Positions 12,119 to 24,103 are shown, counted from the first letter of the whole stretch. The stretch: 63,827 bases of DNA, filler included, from Octopus bimaculoides (GCF_001194135.2; 5 parts of 5 records of this genome joined end to end with filler, not necessarily neighbours in it); one strand, 5' to 3'. Notes: generated by a model not told the origin, from the letters alone. Numbers and translations are program-made.

Positions 12119-12659
12119 TATGCAAAAGATCTATGTACAAAATATACAATACAATTGTTATAGTTTGTATGCATTGGTCAGTCAAGGGTCATAATTGATG
12201 CTTGTCCACAGTTGCATGCTTTGGGAATAAATGTAGTTTCAGATACATTCTCACTTTATTGTACCATGACTAGATGTCTTTTATTTTGGCTTCAGACGAA
12301 CCCATGGCTTGTGATTGATGGTTTTGATTGACAAAGTTTAACAAGGTCATTGTATATGCGTGAGGCATTCCTTCATCTTGATGTTGTTTGTATGCATAAA
12401 AATGAAGGTCACTGGTTGTACAATGGTGTTTACAACCGGCCTTTAACACACATCCAACCATTGTTGCTGTTTGTTGTTCAAAGGATTGGAAGGTTGGAAA
12501 GTGGTGAGTGTTAGTGACAGGGAGAGCATCTGGTTGTAGAAAAGCTGTTTGTCTAAGATCTGTCTGACCCATGCCGGCACACATGGAAAGGCGGATGTTA
12601 GTCATGATGATGTGTTGTTGATAATACCTAGAAGAAGGTTCTTTTCTACTCGCCAAAGT

Positions 12660-13075
12660 GAATGATACTTTGGCCAAGAGGAATCGATATCATCAGACAG
12701 TATCCAAAGATCATCAGGTGTTTCAACACCCTCCCATCGCTGGGTCAGTCGACATGGCCAAATCACTGCTCATAATCTCTTCCAGGCCTCCAGCTTAACT
12801 CCTCTCGCTTGCTCCATAACCAATAAGAATCTTTCTGCTGCCTCTCCCATCCTGTGCTCAGTCTCCTTTTGTTCTTTTCCTCTCATCCCAATGGCTGTAA
12901 GCACCCTCCATACCAACAGGGCAAGGAATCCCCTACAGAAAACCTCAACTGGGAAAAACCATGACTGCCATCCCTTCTCCCTGCAATTCTACAGAAGGCC
13001 CCTTTACTTGGTGCGTTCCCAGTTGTATGCCCGGTTACACCCTTCTTCCCATTGGACTGCAAGCCCAGTCAAGAT
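12660..13075 (-). mobile_element. HERO/NeSL-like RLE LINE 3' remnant
   Basis: VQWEEGC...CREKGWQSWFFPVEVFCRGF...GEAAER (frameshift) YWLWSKREE. Confidence 0.75.
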
Positions 13076-13371
13076 TATTTTCTTATATATTTAAGTGCAA
13101 GCGTAGCTGTGTGATAAAATGTTTGCTTTCCAACAACATGGTCCCAAGTTCAATCTCACTGCATGGCACCTTCAGCAATCGTCTTCTGTTTCGCCTTGAA
13201 CCAACCAAAGTTTTGGGAGTATATCTGGAAAACAAAAACTGAAAGAAGCCTTTCAAATATATGTGTGTATACAGGTGATGTCTGTTTTGGGGGAAAATAT
13301 TACTATACTTGGAAACGGATTAGTGTTGGCAACAGGAAGAGTATCCTACCATAGAAAATCTGCCTCAAAAA

Positions 13372-14570
13372 GGCAGCGAGCTGGCAGAAACGTTAGTGTG
13401 CCTGGCGAAATGCTTAGCGGTATTTCGTCTGCCACTACGTTCTAAGTTCAAATTCCGCCGAGGTCGACTTTGCCTTTCATCCTTTCAGGGTCGATTAAAT
13501 AAGTACCAGTTACGCACTGGGGTCGATATAATCGACTTAACCCCTTTGTCTGTCCTTGTTTGTTCCCTCTATGTTTAGCCCCTTGTGGACAATAAAGAAA
13601 TTAGAAACCCTTAGTATGTGTATATATATTTATGTGTGTACGTATGTGTTCTACCACTGCTTGAGAACTGGTGTTGGTGTTGGCGAAAGAGGCCAATACA
13701 GTAAGTGCTAAGCTTTAAAAAAAATATTACTGGGGTAGATTCATTGAGCAAAAATTCTTCTGTGCCCCAGCATGGTCGCAGTCCAATGAATGAAGCAAAA
13801 GGTAAAGGGTCAACAGTTTTTGATGCTGAAATCTGCTGATGTTACTACTACTACTACTATTATTGTTTTTCATTAGGTTGATATTTAAAGACTGATCGAA
13901 AAATCTAATGGGTCACAGGCGATTCGAGATCGGGAATTCGGTTTCCCGTCATGAAACGGTTAACGGTTTCAAGAACGGCATGTATGTCACACACTCAAAC
14001 CACCTCACCATTTCTCTCATTACAAAAGTTACACTTAGTCTCGGTAAAAGATTTTTATATCCTAGAAAAATATCCGTTACCATTTGAAGGAACAAAGTGC
14101 AAGGGAGGTAACTCTACAGTAATATATGCTTTACAGCTGCTAACATTCAATATCCAAAGGTAGCAAGGCAGCGAGCTGGCAGAAACGTTAGCACGCCGGG
14201 CGAAATGCTTAGCTGTATTACGTCTGCCGCTACGTTCTGAGTTCAAATTGCGCCGAGGTCGACTTTGCCTTTCATCCTTTTGGGGTCGATTAAATAAGTA
14301 TCAGTTATGCACTGGAGTCGATATAATCGACTTAATCCGTTTGTCCCCTCTATGTTTAGCCCCTTGTGGGTAGTAAAGAAATAAGAAACGTTAGCACGTC
14401 GTGCGAAATGCTCAGCCGTTACGTTCTGAGTTCAAATTCCGCCGAGGTCGTCTTTGCCTTTCATCCTTTCCGGGTCGATTAAATAAGTACCGGTTACGCA
14501 CTGGGGTTGATCTAATCGACTGGTTCCCTCCCCCAAAATTTCGGGCCTTGTGCCTAGAGTAAAAGAATAT
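13372..14570 (+). mobile_element. Cluster of three family-B SINEs (13372-13600, 14167-14383, 14385-14570). Other copies at about 3470, 4135, 18040, 32190, 34225, 45660, 51590, 53190 and 53700.
   Basis: Consensus ggcagcgagctggcagaa..gttcaaattccgccgaggtcgactttgcctttcatcctttcggggtcga..aagtaccag. Confidence 0.8.
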
Positions 14571-14641
14571 CCACTGGTGGCTAATTCGGATCATCACAAA
14601 CTCAACCAGTTTAGTTAGCAACCAACTACTATCATCTAGTT

Positions 14642-15750
14642 CAGAGGTCACCAAACTTTTTTCACAGCGGGCTAGATGACAGAGAATGACGAGCACGGGC
14701 CACATAACCACTTTGTTCAAAACAATACAGTGAATGCACAATAAAATAAAGACTACCAACATATTTGTCTACCAAAAAGTTATCAAAGAAGGCGACATTA
14801 GTAATAAGACAGTTATACCACACCCAGTGCACACACATCAGAATCTCACAAACTAAGCAGTAAGAAAAGTTTGTGAAATTGGTGTCTAGCTTTTAAGATA
14901 TCAATATTTGCTTTAGAATTGTTGCATCCAACAAAGAGAATTGCTTTCAGATGTTCATCAGTCAACCTCGTTCGGTGTACTGACTTCACATTCTTCATTT
15001 TTGAAAATGTTTGCTCACAGACATAAGTTGTTCCAATCACTGATGCCATTAGAGAGGCAAATTTTTTTCAACTTTGAAAACTCATCATCAGGTAAACAGC
15101 GATAAACTTCTACAAGTTTTCCTTCTCTGTTCTTCTCTTTCAACAAGTCATTTGCTTGCACATCAATGAGCTCCAACTGTAGTTCCAGTGGCACGACATC
15201 AAGGTTACAATCAGACGGATTCTGGAACAGAAGAATGTCACTCTCAATTCTGTCGAAATCTGAAAATCTTTTGCAAAAATGTTTATTTAAGTCACGAATA
15301 ATCTTCTTCGGAAACTCGAAGTTGACATCTGTGATTCCAGCGTGAAGCTCTTTAAAACACTGAAAATGAGAGAAGTTTCCTCCTTCTAGTTGTGCTTCAA
15401 GCAATGATGGCGTTTTTCGAAATCCTTTGGTGGTTCTGTAGCGATCACAGATAAGGTTATCCTTTCCCAGAAGTTTCAAGTCTAATCCATTCATGAGGGA
15501 TGTGATGTCAATCAAAAATGGCAGCTTTGACGGCAAGGTAGGATCTGACAGAAGTGGATCAGCTCTGTTCTTTTCGGAGTTTATAAAAATGAAACAAGAC
15601 TTTACCACAGCTGACTCACCTCACTGCTGTGTGATAAGGCAAGTCACAGAATTCAGAATCAATTTCTTCAAGAAAAGCCTGGAACTGGTGCTGTATATCC
15701 GGCACTCTTCAAACCGGTTTAAACATGGCAATGCAAGTTGAACACGATCG
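14642..15750 (-). mobile_element. Buster/SPIN-type hAT transposon remnant: frameshifted transposase C-terminus and one terminus
   Basis: ORFs 15015-15608 and 14846-15049 give FLIDIT..MN.LDLKLLG...LQLELID...GTTYVCEQTFSKMK..KS.HRTRLTDEHL (hAT dimerisation region). The terminus CAGAGGTCACCAAACTTTTT at 14642 is preceded by atcTAgtt. Confidence 0.88.
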
Positions 15751-16029
15751 CTGCATAAAATATGGGCGGCTAATTTGCAATTTTACAACCTAATAGCAGA
15801 AATATATTTGTCACTAATCGGCACCAGCATTGCTAGAAATAAGAGTCAAAACAACTCAATCGTATGTGTATGTATGATTGTTTACATTACATGTACACCT
15901 CGTTAAAAAAACGATGTTGATAATGTCCAGTTAAGTGTTATTTGCATTGTACGATGCAGATTTACATAATTTTATATAATTTGATCATAGAATTCATTTT
16001 GCTACGCTCTGCAGGTCGTCTCTTTCTTC

Positions 16030-16620
16030 TGATGACACCCTGTTGAGTAGAATCAATCTGCGAATTAGAGAGAACGAGAAGAAAAACTGTGCACAATTGT
16101 GGAAATTAACTGCCCAGCGGATGTCAACATAAAGCTGCAGATCAGTGAAAAAGAAAACACCTACGCTGAACTATTGAGAAATCTGCAGTTACTCTATCCA
16201 GATTACAAGTTCAGGTTTATACCTGTAATTATTAGGGCCTTGGGAAATTAGGCTTCTCAAAACCAGAAAGGAGAAAGCTGATTCGAAAACTACAGATCCA
16301 ATCCATCATAGGAACTGTAAAAATCTGTAAAACTTTCCAGAAGTTTATCATTTAAATATATATGAGCATGTCTAGATGTGTAACTATATGTATGAGAATG
16401 TATATGTATAGATACATAGTAACTATATGTATGAGAACTATATGTATAGATAAATAAAACATATGAATATGCTCATACATACATACATACATATAAAAAT
16501 ATCCTGTTGTTGATGTTGAAATTCCAATGAAGGAGCCTTGGATCTACGTTAGAAACCGGTTCTTTCTCTATTGGTGAGAAATCTTGAAATAAACTGAATA
16601 ATGACATGTATGTATGTATA
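16030..16620 (+). mobile_element. RLE-type LINE 3' end (internally deleted) plus 3' UTR
   Basis: LCTIVEINCPADVNIK...EKENTYAELLRNLQLLYPDYKFRFIPVIIRALG...LQIQSIIGTVKICKTFQKFII*. Confidence 0.78.
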
Positions 16621-17339
16621 TTACTTAAAGAAATTCCAACTTTGTATGATTTTCACGTTTTATTTACAAAACAAACTTATAATAATATAGTATAAGATAT
16701 TATAAGGTAATATGATATAATGAAATGATAGAATATCAAATGTCCATTCTGATTGCACTAGTACTTTCATGCATTAAACTATGCAATCTTCAGGTTCATA
16801 TAGTAGTGGTGACAGTTATGCTTCACAATTTACAACTGTAGTGAGATGGCTAAAATGTGTGCCTTAAATATATTTGTATAGGCTCCAGAATGTGAATTTT
16901 TGATAACTGTATTCTGACCAATCAGTGTGTGGCTTCACTAAATTACTTAAGTTGATTGGTGTTTGGTTTAGGCGTCACGTTTTGTTGAAGAGACCTGTAT
17001 TTTGACCCTGGCCAAAGCAGTAATTGTTGGGCTATTTTTAGAAATGTTGTAAACAACATTTCCCAGGGATTTTTACATTTCAATTATCATCATCACCATT
17101 ATAATCTCCTTTACTATAGTTTTCATTGCTGTTGTTGTGTTGTTGTTGTCGGTGGTAGTGGTGGTAGTAGTAGCTGTGGTTATAGAACTTTAAACCCCCA
17201 AATAAGATTATTTTTACTGACTTTTCTCTTGCCTTAGCTAGTATTTTCCTGTTATCGTCATCATGAGCACCTTTAGTAATGTTGTTGCTGTTAGTGGTAG
17301 TAGTCGTAGCAGTAGAAACAGTGCTTCTAAGTATTAGTA

Positions 17340-17990
17340 TTATTGTTTATTTAGCTTGGCTTGGAATTTTATTAATAAAGTTCTTTTCTCTGATTTTTCT
17401 CTCAATTTCACTTGGACTGTGTAGTTTGTAGAATGGAAATATATTTTCCGACCACATGTTGCTAGATGGTTACTCAAAAGGTATCTGACGGACATCTGGA
17501 TCTCTAATTTGCTGTCGGTACACACGTGAACCTTCTGATAGTGCATTTCCAGTCTAACCTACATAGAGTTCTTCACAATTCGGGCATTTGATGCAGTAAA
17601 TTAAATTCCCGCTTTTGCAGTTCATATTTGCGTTTCTGAATATTTTCCCGGTTTTTGTGTTCATATATTGGCCGGTATGTATGAATCGGTATATGCCACA
17701 TCGGCTATCATTGCATTCAGATACAATGAATGATTGGTCTTTATTGCTAAGGTCAAGCTTTGCCTTTGTTAATAATTTCTTCAAGGTTTTAGGCTGTCTT
17801 TTACTAAGAACCACAGCTCGATATGTGATTATATCTTTTAATTCATTACTTTGAGTAATGATCGGAAGGTTTGCTTTGGCAATGTTGAAGATATTCTGGT
17901 GACATGGGTTATGTGTCACTATAAAGGGCATGACTTGTTCCTTTTTCTTCTTTGGGTTGTCCTCAGTTGTATGGGTGTTTTTATAGCCCG
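17340..17990 (-). mobile_element. Penelope-like element remnant (Cys-rich linker and GIY-YIG endonuclease), decayed
   Basis: Translation gives PFIVTHNP...KRQPKTLKKLLTKAK...NCKSGNLIYCIKCPNCEELYVG*TGN...QQIRDP...IFPFYK, with stops and frameshifts. Confidence 0.85.
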
Positions 17991-19527
17991 CTGTATGCCA
18001 TTTTCTATAAGTAGAGATGGGTATTAAAATCCTTTCTATTATAGGCCAAAGGCCTGAAATTTTGTGGGGAGATGTACCTAATCGATCACATGAACAGCAG
18101 TACTCCACTGGTAGTTACATCATCGATCCCGAAAGGAAGAAAGACAAAGTTGACCTCGGTGAAATTGGAACTCAAAGCATTAAGACGGAAGAAATGCCAC
18201 CAAAAGCATTTTGTCAGCTGGCTTACCTCACGCGCAAAGCAACATAAAACTATCAAATCTCGGTGGATTATTTCATTAAAATAATAAAGGGAAATAACTT
18301 ACACGTATTTACGGTATTCTTTTCTTTTCTTCAGGCATTTGACTGCGGCCATGCTGGAGCACCGCCTTTAGTCGAACAAATTAACCCAGGACTTATTCTC
18401 TGTAAGCCTAGTACTTATTACGGGAACGTAAACACACCAACAGCGGTTGTCAAGCGACGGTGAGGGGACAAACAAGACACACAAAGTGTGTGTGTGTGTA
18501 TATACATATATATACGACGAGCTTTTTTCAGTTTCCGTCAACGAAATCCACTCACAAGGCTTTAGTCGACCTGAAGCTATAGCAGACGACATTTGCTCAA
18601 GGTGCTACGCAGTGGGACTGAACCCGGAACCATGTGGAACCTGTACCTATGTATGACTGAAGTTATTTCCCCGTCACTGTTAAATTCGCCTTGCTGCATG
18701 ATTTGTATATTCATGAGGCTAATTTTACATTATTACAGCACCTCATTTCTCCGCTGCCGTCCATTATACCATTCCAGAGTTTTGTTCTGCGCGTCAAGAT
18801 CTACGTTATCAAATGTGCTGTTCCCTTTTTAAAATGCCACTATCAATGAGGGAGATTTCGCTGCTATTTGCAATAGGTTAATAGTACTGCAAAGTTAATG
18901 GCTGCAACCTTGGCAAGCGTCAGAAATAGTGGATCTAGTTTTTTCATTCGCAAAATATGCATTTCTTTAAAAGACAGTAAAAAATCTGAAAATCGACTAT
19001 AATAATGTGGCCTTCCAGCTAATGTCACGCTGTCTGTTGGTTGGCTAAAATCACCCAAGTTTTATATCTTATATTTCATCTTTCAAATTCTTTTTCATTA
19101 ACATCCGAATGAGTTATCCGAGACGGACTTAATGCAGGATCCTGTAACAACATATTTCTTCTTCTGTTACGACTTTTCTCATGTTTCCTTTGTTTTTTTT
19201 GCACTGACGAGAATGGTAACATGTAATTAAATTAATTATAATTAATTTAATCTCTTCCATGTTGCTGTTACCATTTGAAACGATCGTATGCATGGACTAA
19301 AATGTTATCAAACTCTTAATATTTCTTCTCAATCTTTAATAGTTTTCTTGAGTTTATAAAGGACTGTATTCTATAAATGCACATAATACGCCATATACTT
19401 GTATAATTTTTATATTTTTAATGAAATACTTGCAATAGCAGGCTACAAATTTAATATGAAGAACCTTTAATAGAAATCTAACTCTGGGCCCCACAAAGTA
19501 AAACTGTTCTAATTGAACTCAACCTTT

Positions 19528-19563
<36 letters not shown>

Positions 19564-19860
19564 TAATAAAGGGTATCTAAAAGATACTATCATGCTAGAT
19601 ATAGCAGTCAAAACTTGACTCTAAAACCACATACACCACCAGTCCTCAGTCATAGATTACGATTATAAAGAGCTTTGCCGGGAAAATCTTTTCTGAGGGG
19701 GTGGGGAGAGGACTTCGGAAAATTCACAAGATCCGAGTTTTTCCCTCGTAACTTTGAGGAAAATATAATCCCTTTGAAACCACAAATTCGGCTTTTCCTC
19801 AGGAACTTGGATGTTAAACATCCCTTTGAAGGGTTTGGGTCCTTACTTCTACTATATATA

Positions 19861-19896
<36 letters not shown>

Positions 19897-20093
19897 CACA
19901 CACACGCAATGTTTTTCCTTCGTAACTTTGAGGAAAATGGATATCTTTCTACATCACCCGCACGCAGGAAACGAATCTGAAAACAAAAATGTGCAGAAAG
20001 CAATGGGCATGGTGGAGAGGACTTCGGAAAATTCACAAGATTAACTCGGATGCTAAAGGGTTTGAAGGGTTCGGGTCCTTCTACTATATATAC

Positions 20094-20268
20094 ATCTGTA
20101 AAAATATGTGACACTTATTCAGTAGCGATGATAAAACTCCGAGTTTCGGATGCCAGGGTGGGAGTTATCCGGATAACTGAAGAGATGTTGGCGTGGGCTC
20201 CCACCCTGGCATCCGAAACTCGGAGTTTTATCATCGCTACTGAATAAGTGTCACATATTTTTACAGAT
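20094..20268. repeat. 175-bp palindrome with perfect 71-bp arms and a 33-nt spacer
   Basis: 20094-20164 is the exact reverse complement of 20198-20268. Confidence 0.93.
20172..20232 (+). ncRNA. Type-I hammerhead ribozyme motif with intact core
   Basis: GATAA-CTGAAGA-GATGTTGG...CTGGCATC-C-GAAA-CTCGGAGT-T-TTATC. Stem I is GATAA/TTATC, stem II has 8 bp including wobbles, stem III is ACT/AGT, and the predicted cleavage is after the GUU at 20225-20227. Confidence 0.68.
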
Positions 20269-20599
20269 AAATTCCTCTATTTGCATAATATCGAGGTCTC
20301 TTTCTTTCTTTTGTTGTCCTTCCTGTCAAATATATATATATATACACACACACATAATTAAGGTATTAGCAACAGTTGCTTCACCACATACCGAAATTTA
20401 GAAATAGCAGTTAAAGTGCTATATATAAATATATATATATATATATATAACGAGGGAAAAACTCGGATCTTGTTAATCTTGTGAATTTTCCGAAGTCCTC
20501 TCCACCCCGCCCGTTTGCTTTCTGAGCATTTGTTTTCATATTCGTTTCCTACACCTTTTTTTTTTTTTTTTTTTTACACCCGTTGCACTATTTTTTTTT

Positions 20600-20880
20600 T
20601 TTTTAGATTTCGTTTCCGGGTAATAATGTCAAATCGTTGTACCTCTTCCAACCAAGTCACGTATAGTGTCTTCAATAAGTTCTACCACAAAAAACATTTA
20701 CCTCCTTGTGAGTTTTGAACCAGGGCTCTCAGATTTCCTCAGCTCAAAACTACGATCGCCCGTACTGCCGTATAAGGCATAACGCCCACGCAAATATGGC
20801 CCGACCAATCAGCACTGGATCACGTATTATGGTTGATTCGGCGAACTTCAAAGGAAGTGTACGAATTTTCCCCGCCAAAA
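20600..20880. promoter_or_regulatory. Candidate promoter / first-exon region of an unidentified transcript
   Basis: Locally CpG-rich with CCAAT at 20805-20809, ETS-like CCGGAA/GGAAGT motifs, and a minus-strand donor GAG|gtaaat at 20702/20701. Confidence 0.35.
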
Positions 20881-21696
20881 AGCTTGATCAAAGACAACGA
20901 AAATTTTGACGATTTCCATACAAAATAATGTCTTTCTCTGTTCAATGATCTGGTCTGTTGCTTTTTTTTTTTTTTACATGATATATTAATGGTACCAACG
21001 TAGAATAATAATGTCGAACAACACACCAATTATGTGTAGTAATTTTAAACTCCTACTTATTTCGTCTTCAGGAACTATGAACTACTTTCGTAAATTTATC
21101 TCAACATGCATTACGCATATTTCCTCACTATTATGTCCATTGTTCAAATTAATTATTTATTTGTACGCATTTAAATATAAGCGATGCGGGTTAATAAACT
21201 ATTAGTGTACGTTATCCTGGTCTTCACACGCAACCTATCTAATATTATCAACTAACAACGAATCAAAAACACTGCTTCCACAAACATGTTTAACTTTCAC
21301 CTTTTAACTTTTTCTTTTTTTTTTTGTGAATGTTCTAAATGAAACTCGTTACTTCTCTCTTTCTCTCTCCACACACACACACGAATTACCATTCCGTTTA
21401 AACTTGTAGCTCCGATCTTTAGAAGTGAACTGATACTACGTAGAAAATTAATAGAACATTATATATATATATATATATATATATTTACTTACTTTATTGT
21501 TGTTTATCTCCTATATTTACTACAAAATCAACTGAGGCAAGATTGCTAAAAGCACCGATATCAACAAATTAATGATAAAATTATCAAATGTATTCTTCGT
21601 CGATCGCGTTGTTGAAAACAAACAATAGTTACCAGACATATGTTTAAAGAAAGTATAAATGTTTGATATTAAACGACTGCGTTTAAGAACCCAAAA

Positions 21697-22287
21697 TCAT
21701 GTGGGCTCAGCTGAAGGTTTTTCTGATTCAGGTCCCGGTAATTCCATTGTAACATCAGTTGATGCTGCAACGCCCAACGTTAACTGATCGTGGGCCAGCA
21801 TCATTGAGACAACTTGTTCATAAGAAGGAGGTAAAGAATCGTAAGGCGGATCAGTTCTTGACAGCGGACAATAGACACTCTGTAACACTTGTTGGTATGA
21901 AGGCAGTTCTGCTAAGCCAGCTGAAGACCAATTTGTATCAATGTTATTGTGAATAGTCTCTATGTTGTTGCTTCCATCTTCGACACGATTTTCGCTGTTT
22001 TCGTCGATCGAACAAATTGTTTCCTCTCTAAGCTTTTTCGCGATCAAAAACTGTTTAACTGACACTATCAACATTAGAAATGACAAAAGCAACAAAAACG
22101 GACCTGTGATCGATTCCCAGAATATGATATTCCATTCCAACCAGGTGATGACTATTCCCAAAAGCAACAAAGTAACTGAAACTTTTGCAAACATCATCGC
22201 AAGTCGGAATTCTTTAATTCCTGGTTCTTGATGAGTTGTGTTGTTGGAGGAAGCATTCATCTGGTCGACAAATGCCATCGCGTGCAT
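21697..22287 (-). CDS. Intronless 196-aa protein: two N-terminal TM helices and a cytoplasmic tail with LPSY/PPSY (PY) motifs
   Basis: Clean ATG-to-stop ORF with non-repetitive composition. Hydrophobic segments VSVTLLLLGIVITWL and ITGPFLLLLSFLMLIVSV, plus LPSYQQV and PPYDSLPPSYEQV. AATAAA lies on - at 21498-21493. Confidence 0.8.
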   Translation of the reverse strand: MHAMAFVDQMNASSNNTTHQEPGIKEFRLAMMFAKVSVTLLLLGIVITWLEWNIIFWESITGPFLLLLSFLMLIVSVKQFLIAKKLREETICSIDENSENRVEDGSNNIETIHNNIDTNWSSAGLAELPSYQQVLQSVYCPLSRTDPPYDSLPPSYEQVVSMMLAHDQLTLGVAASTDVTMELPGPESEKPSAEPT

Positions 22288-23069
22288 TTTTATCTTCGCG
22301 GTTAATATTTTTCTGTCAGGGTGCTGATTTCTTTCAGATGAAGGGATAGGTGCCCGTAAAATTTATAATTTTATTTTTCGAACACTTGGCATTCAGAAGT
22401 CATTCTTTGAATCAGTTGCTTTATGAGATATTCTCATTGAATATGATACAACAATGAACGAAACGTGTATGTGTGTGTGTGTATGGATGTGTACATATTT
22501 TTTCTTTTTGTTGATTCAAAATGTTAAATAACTGCAAAATAGTAAAGTGTTTTGTTTTATTTTACATTTCCAGGTGGTCCCCGAACAAAATGAAAATTCA
22601 GCACTCACATTTTATCACAAATTTCAACTCAGAAAACCTTTTTATTTTCAGGCACCTTTTGGGTTTTTTTTTAATCTCTTCCGATCATCAATGAGATTTT
22701 CATGTCTACAGGAGTTCGAAAAAAAAAAAAAATTCTTGAAGTTTTTGTTTTGTCTTTGTTTTTAAAAATACTTTGAAGAAATGCGTCCTTAACGCCGACG
22801 TCAAACGATGTTCTGAAATCTAAACCTAATTTCTCTTCCTCTCACACAACTGCGTTCGTTTCCGCTCTAATTTTCCAATAAACAGGTCTACTGGCCGAAA
22901 TACCAACAAACTTGTGTTTAAAAAATATGTTAAACAAGTGACTGTTACAGACGAATATCACCGCTAGATCTTGCTTATTTCCAGTTGTATTTCATTTTCA
23001 CATTGCCAAAATTATTGAATAACACACACGACATAACAAATAAGTTGTAATACAAATAAATCCCATTTT

Positions 23070-23161
23070 GGCGAAGGTAAAGAATACGCACACCCAGTGT
23101 TTAGGGTCATGGTTTTTGTTACACCGAAAACGGGTGGTGGTGCGTATTCTTTACCTTCGCC
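23070..23161. repeat. Short foldback element with 22-bp perfect arms and a TTAGGG-like spacer
   Basis: GGCGAAGGTAAAGAATACGCAC...GTGCGTATTCTTTACCTTCGCC. A second copy lies at 49466-49556. Confidence 0.85.
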
Positions 23162-23976
23162 CTCATTTTGACATAGCAACTCTTCTCAACGAACGAGGGA
23201 ACGTCTATAGTAGCTCAACCTGCTAGAAATAACAACCAAATCATACTCTGTCTATAAAAGAGAACACGTCGAATCACGCAGTCCTGCTTACAATATTTGA
23301 AAATAAAATAGGATGATCAGAAGTCTACTCAATCAAGGGTAACCTTGGGCTAAACAATTGCCAATTTTGCTTTCCTTATTTCATAGCAGAAAATATTTTA
23401 ACATTTCAATAACGGTTTCCTTTTTATTATTTGTTTAATTATGAATATCTTTTAGGAAAAGGAGAAAAACAAACAGAAACTGTAGCACAATTTCAGTTGT
23501 AGCAGAAGCGTGTTCACTCTTTACCTTTAGCTATCCGCATTTATGCCTCTTTACCTTTAGGTAGCCGTTTTGGTTCATCACATGACGGTCCCGTCCACCT
23601 AGCTTTATGCAGGCTATCCACCCCTTAACGTGATCGACTAGTCAAGCGTCCCAACATTAGCTATTTAGGGGAAGCTTTTCCCCACTACTTTCTTAGAGAG
23701 GTCAATTGCAACAAGTGAGTTTGGATCTTTGGCATGAGAGCAGTTTTATTCCACTTTGCTGCTTCAGTGAGGAGAGGATTGTAGCAGGATTCCTTGATGC
23801 CATGCCTGGTGTTTTTTCCAACGTTCATCTTCAAGAAGCACTTTGAAATTACAGATTTATTTATGTTATACCAGTTGCTGTATTTCCGTTTAGCTTTGGA
23901 ATAAATGTTGCAGTCAATTTTATCTTCGTATTTCTTGATGTTCTTTACCGTGACTCTTATTAACACAGATATACTA

Positions 23977-24103
23977 CAGGGTGTCCACAAAGTTTGGGTA
24001 CATGGAGTAAATAAAATCATAACATAAACAATTAACTATAAGAAATAATAATTTCTGAAAGTAAGTGTTAATCCCCATGTACCCAGACTTTGTGGACACC
24101 CTG
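23977..24103. mobile_element. 127-bp Tc1/mariner-type MITE with TA TSD
   Basis: 29-bp TIRs CAGGGTGTCCACAAAGT(T/C)TGGGTACATGG with one mismatch, flanked by TA on both sides. Confidence 0.9.

Noticed and set aside
12270-12677. 135-aa minus-strand ORF
   Set aside because: The N-terminal half is derived from LINE/SINE sequence, and the remainder has no recognisable features.
16524-16562. CCAATGAAGG...AGAAACCGGTT in the LINE 3' UTR, hammerhead-like
   Set aside because: The core is CCAATGA, not CTGANGA, so the essential U4/G5 positions are missing and stem II is poor.
20631-20697. Minus-strand mini-ORF MFFVVELIEDTIRDLVGR resembling the POLR3H N-terminus
   Set aside because: The match is short and needs a gap, and no other POLR3H exons were found. 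Treated as chance.
23685-24020. 111-aa minus-strand ORF
   Set aside because: Its start lies inside the mariner-type MITE, and it has no recognisable motif or splice support.
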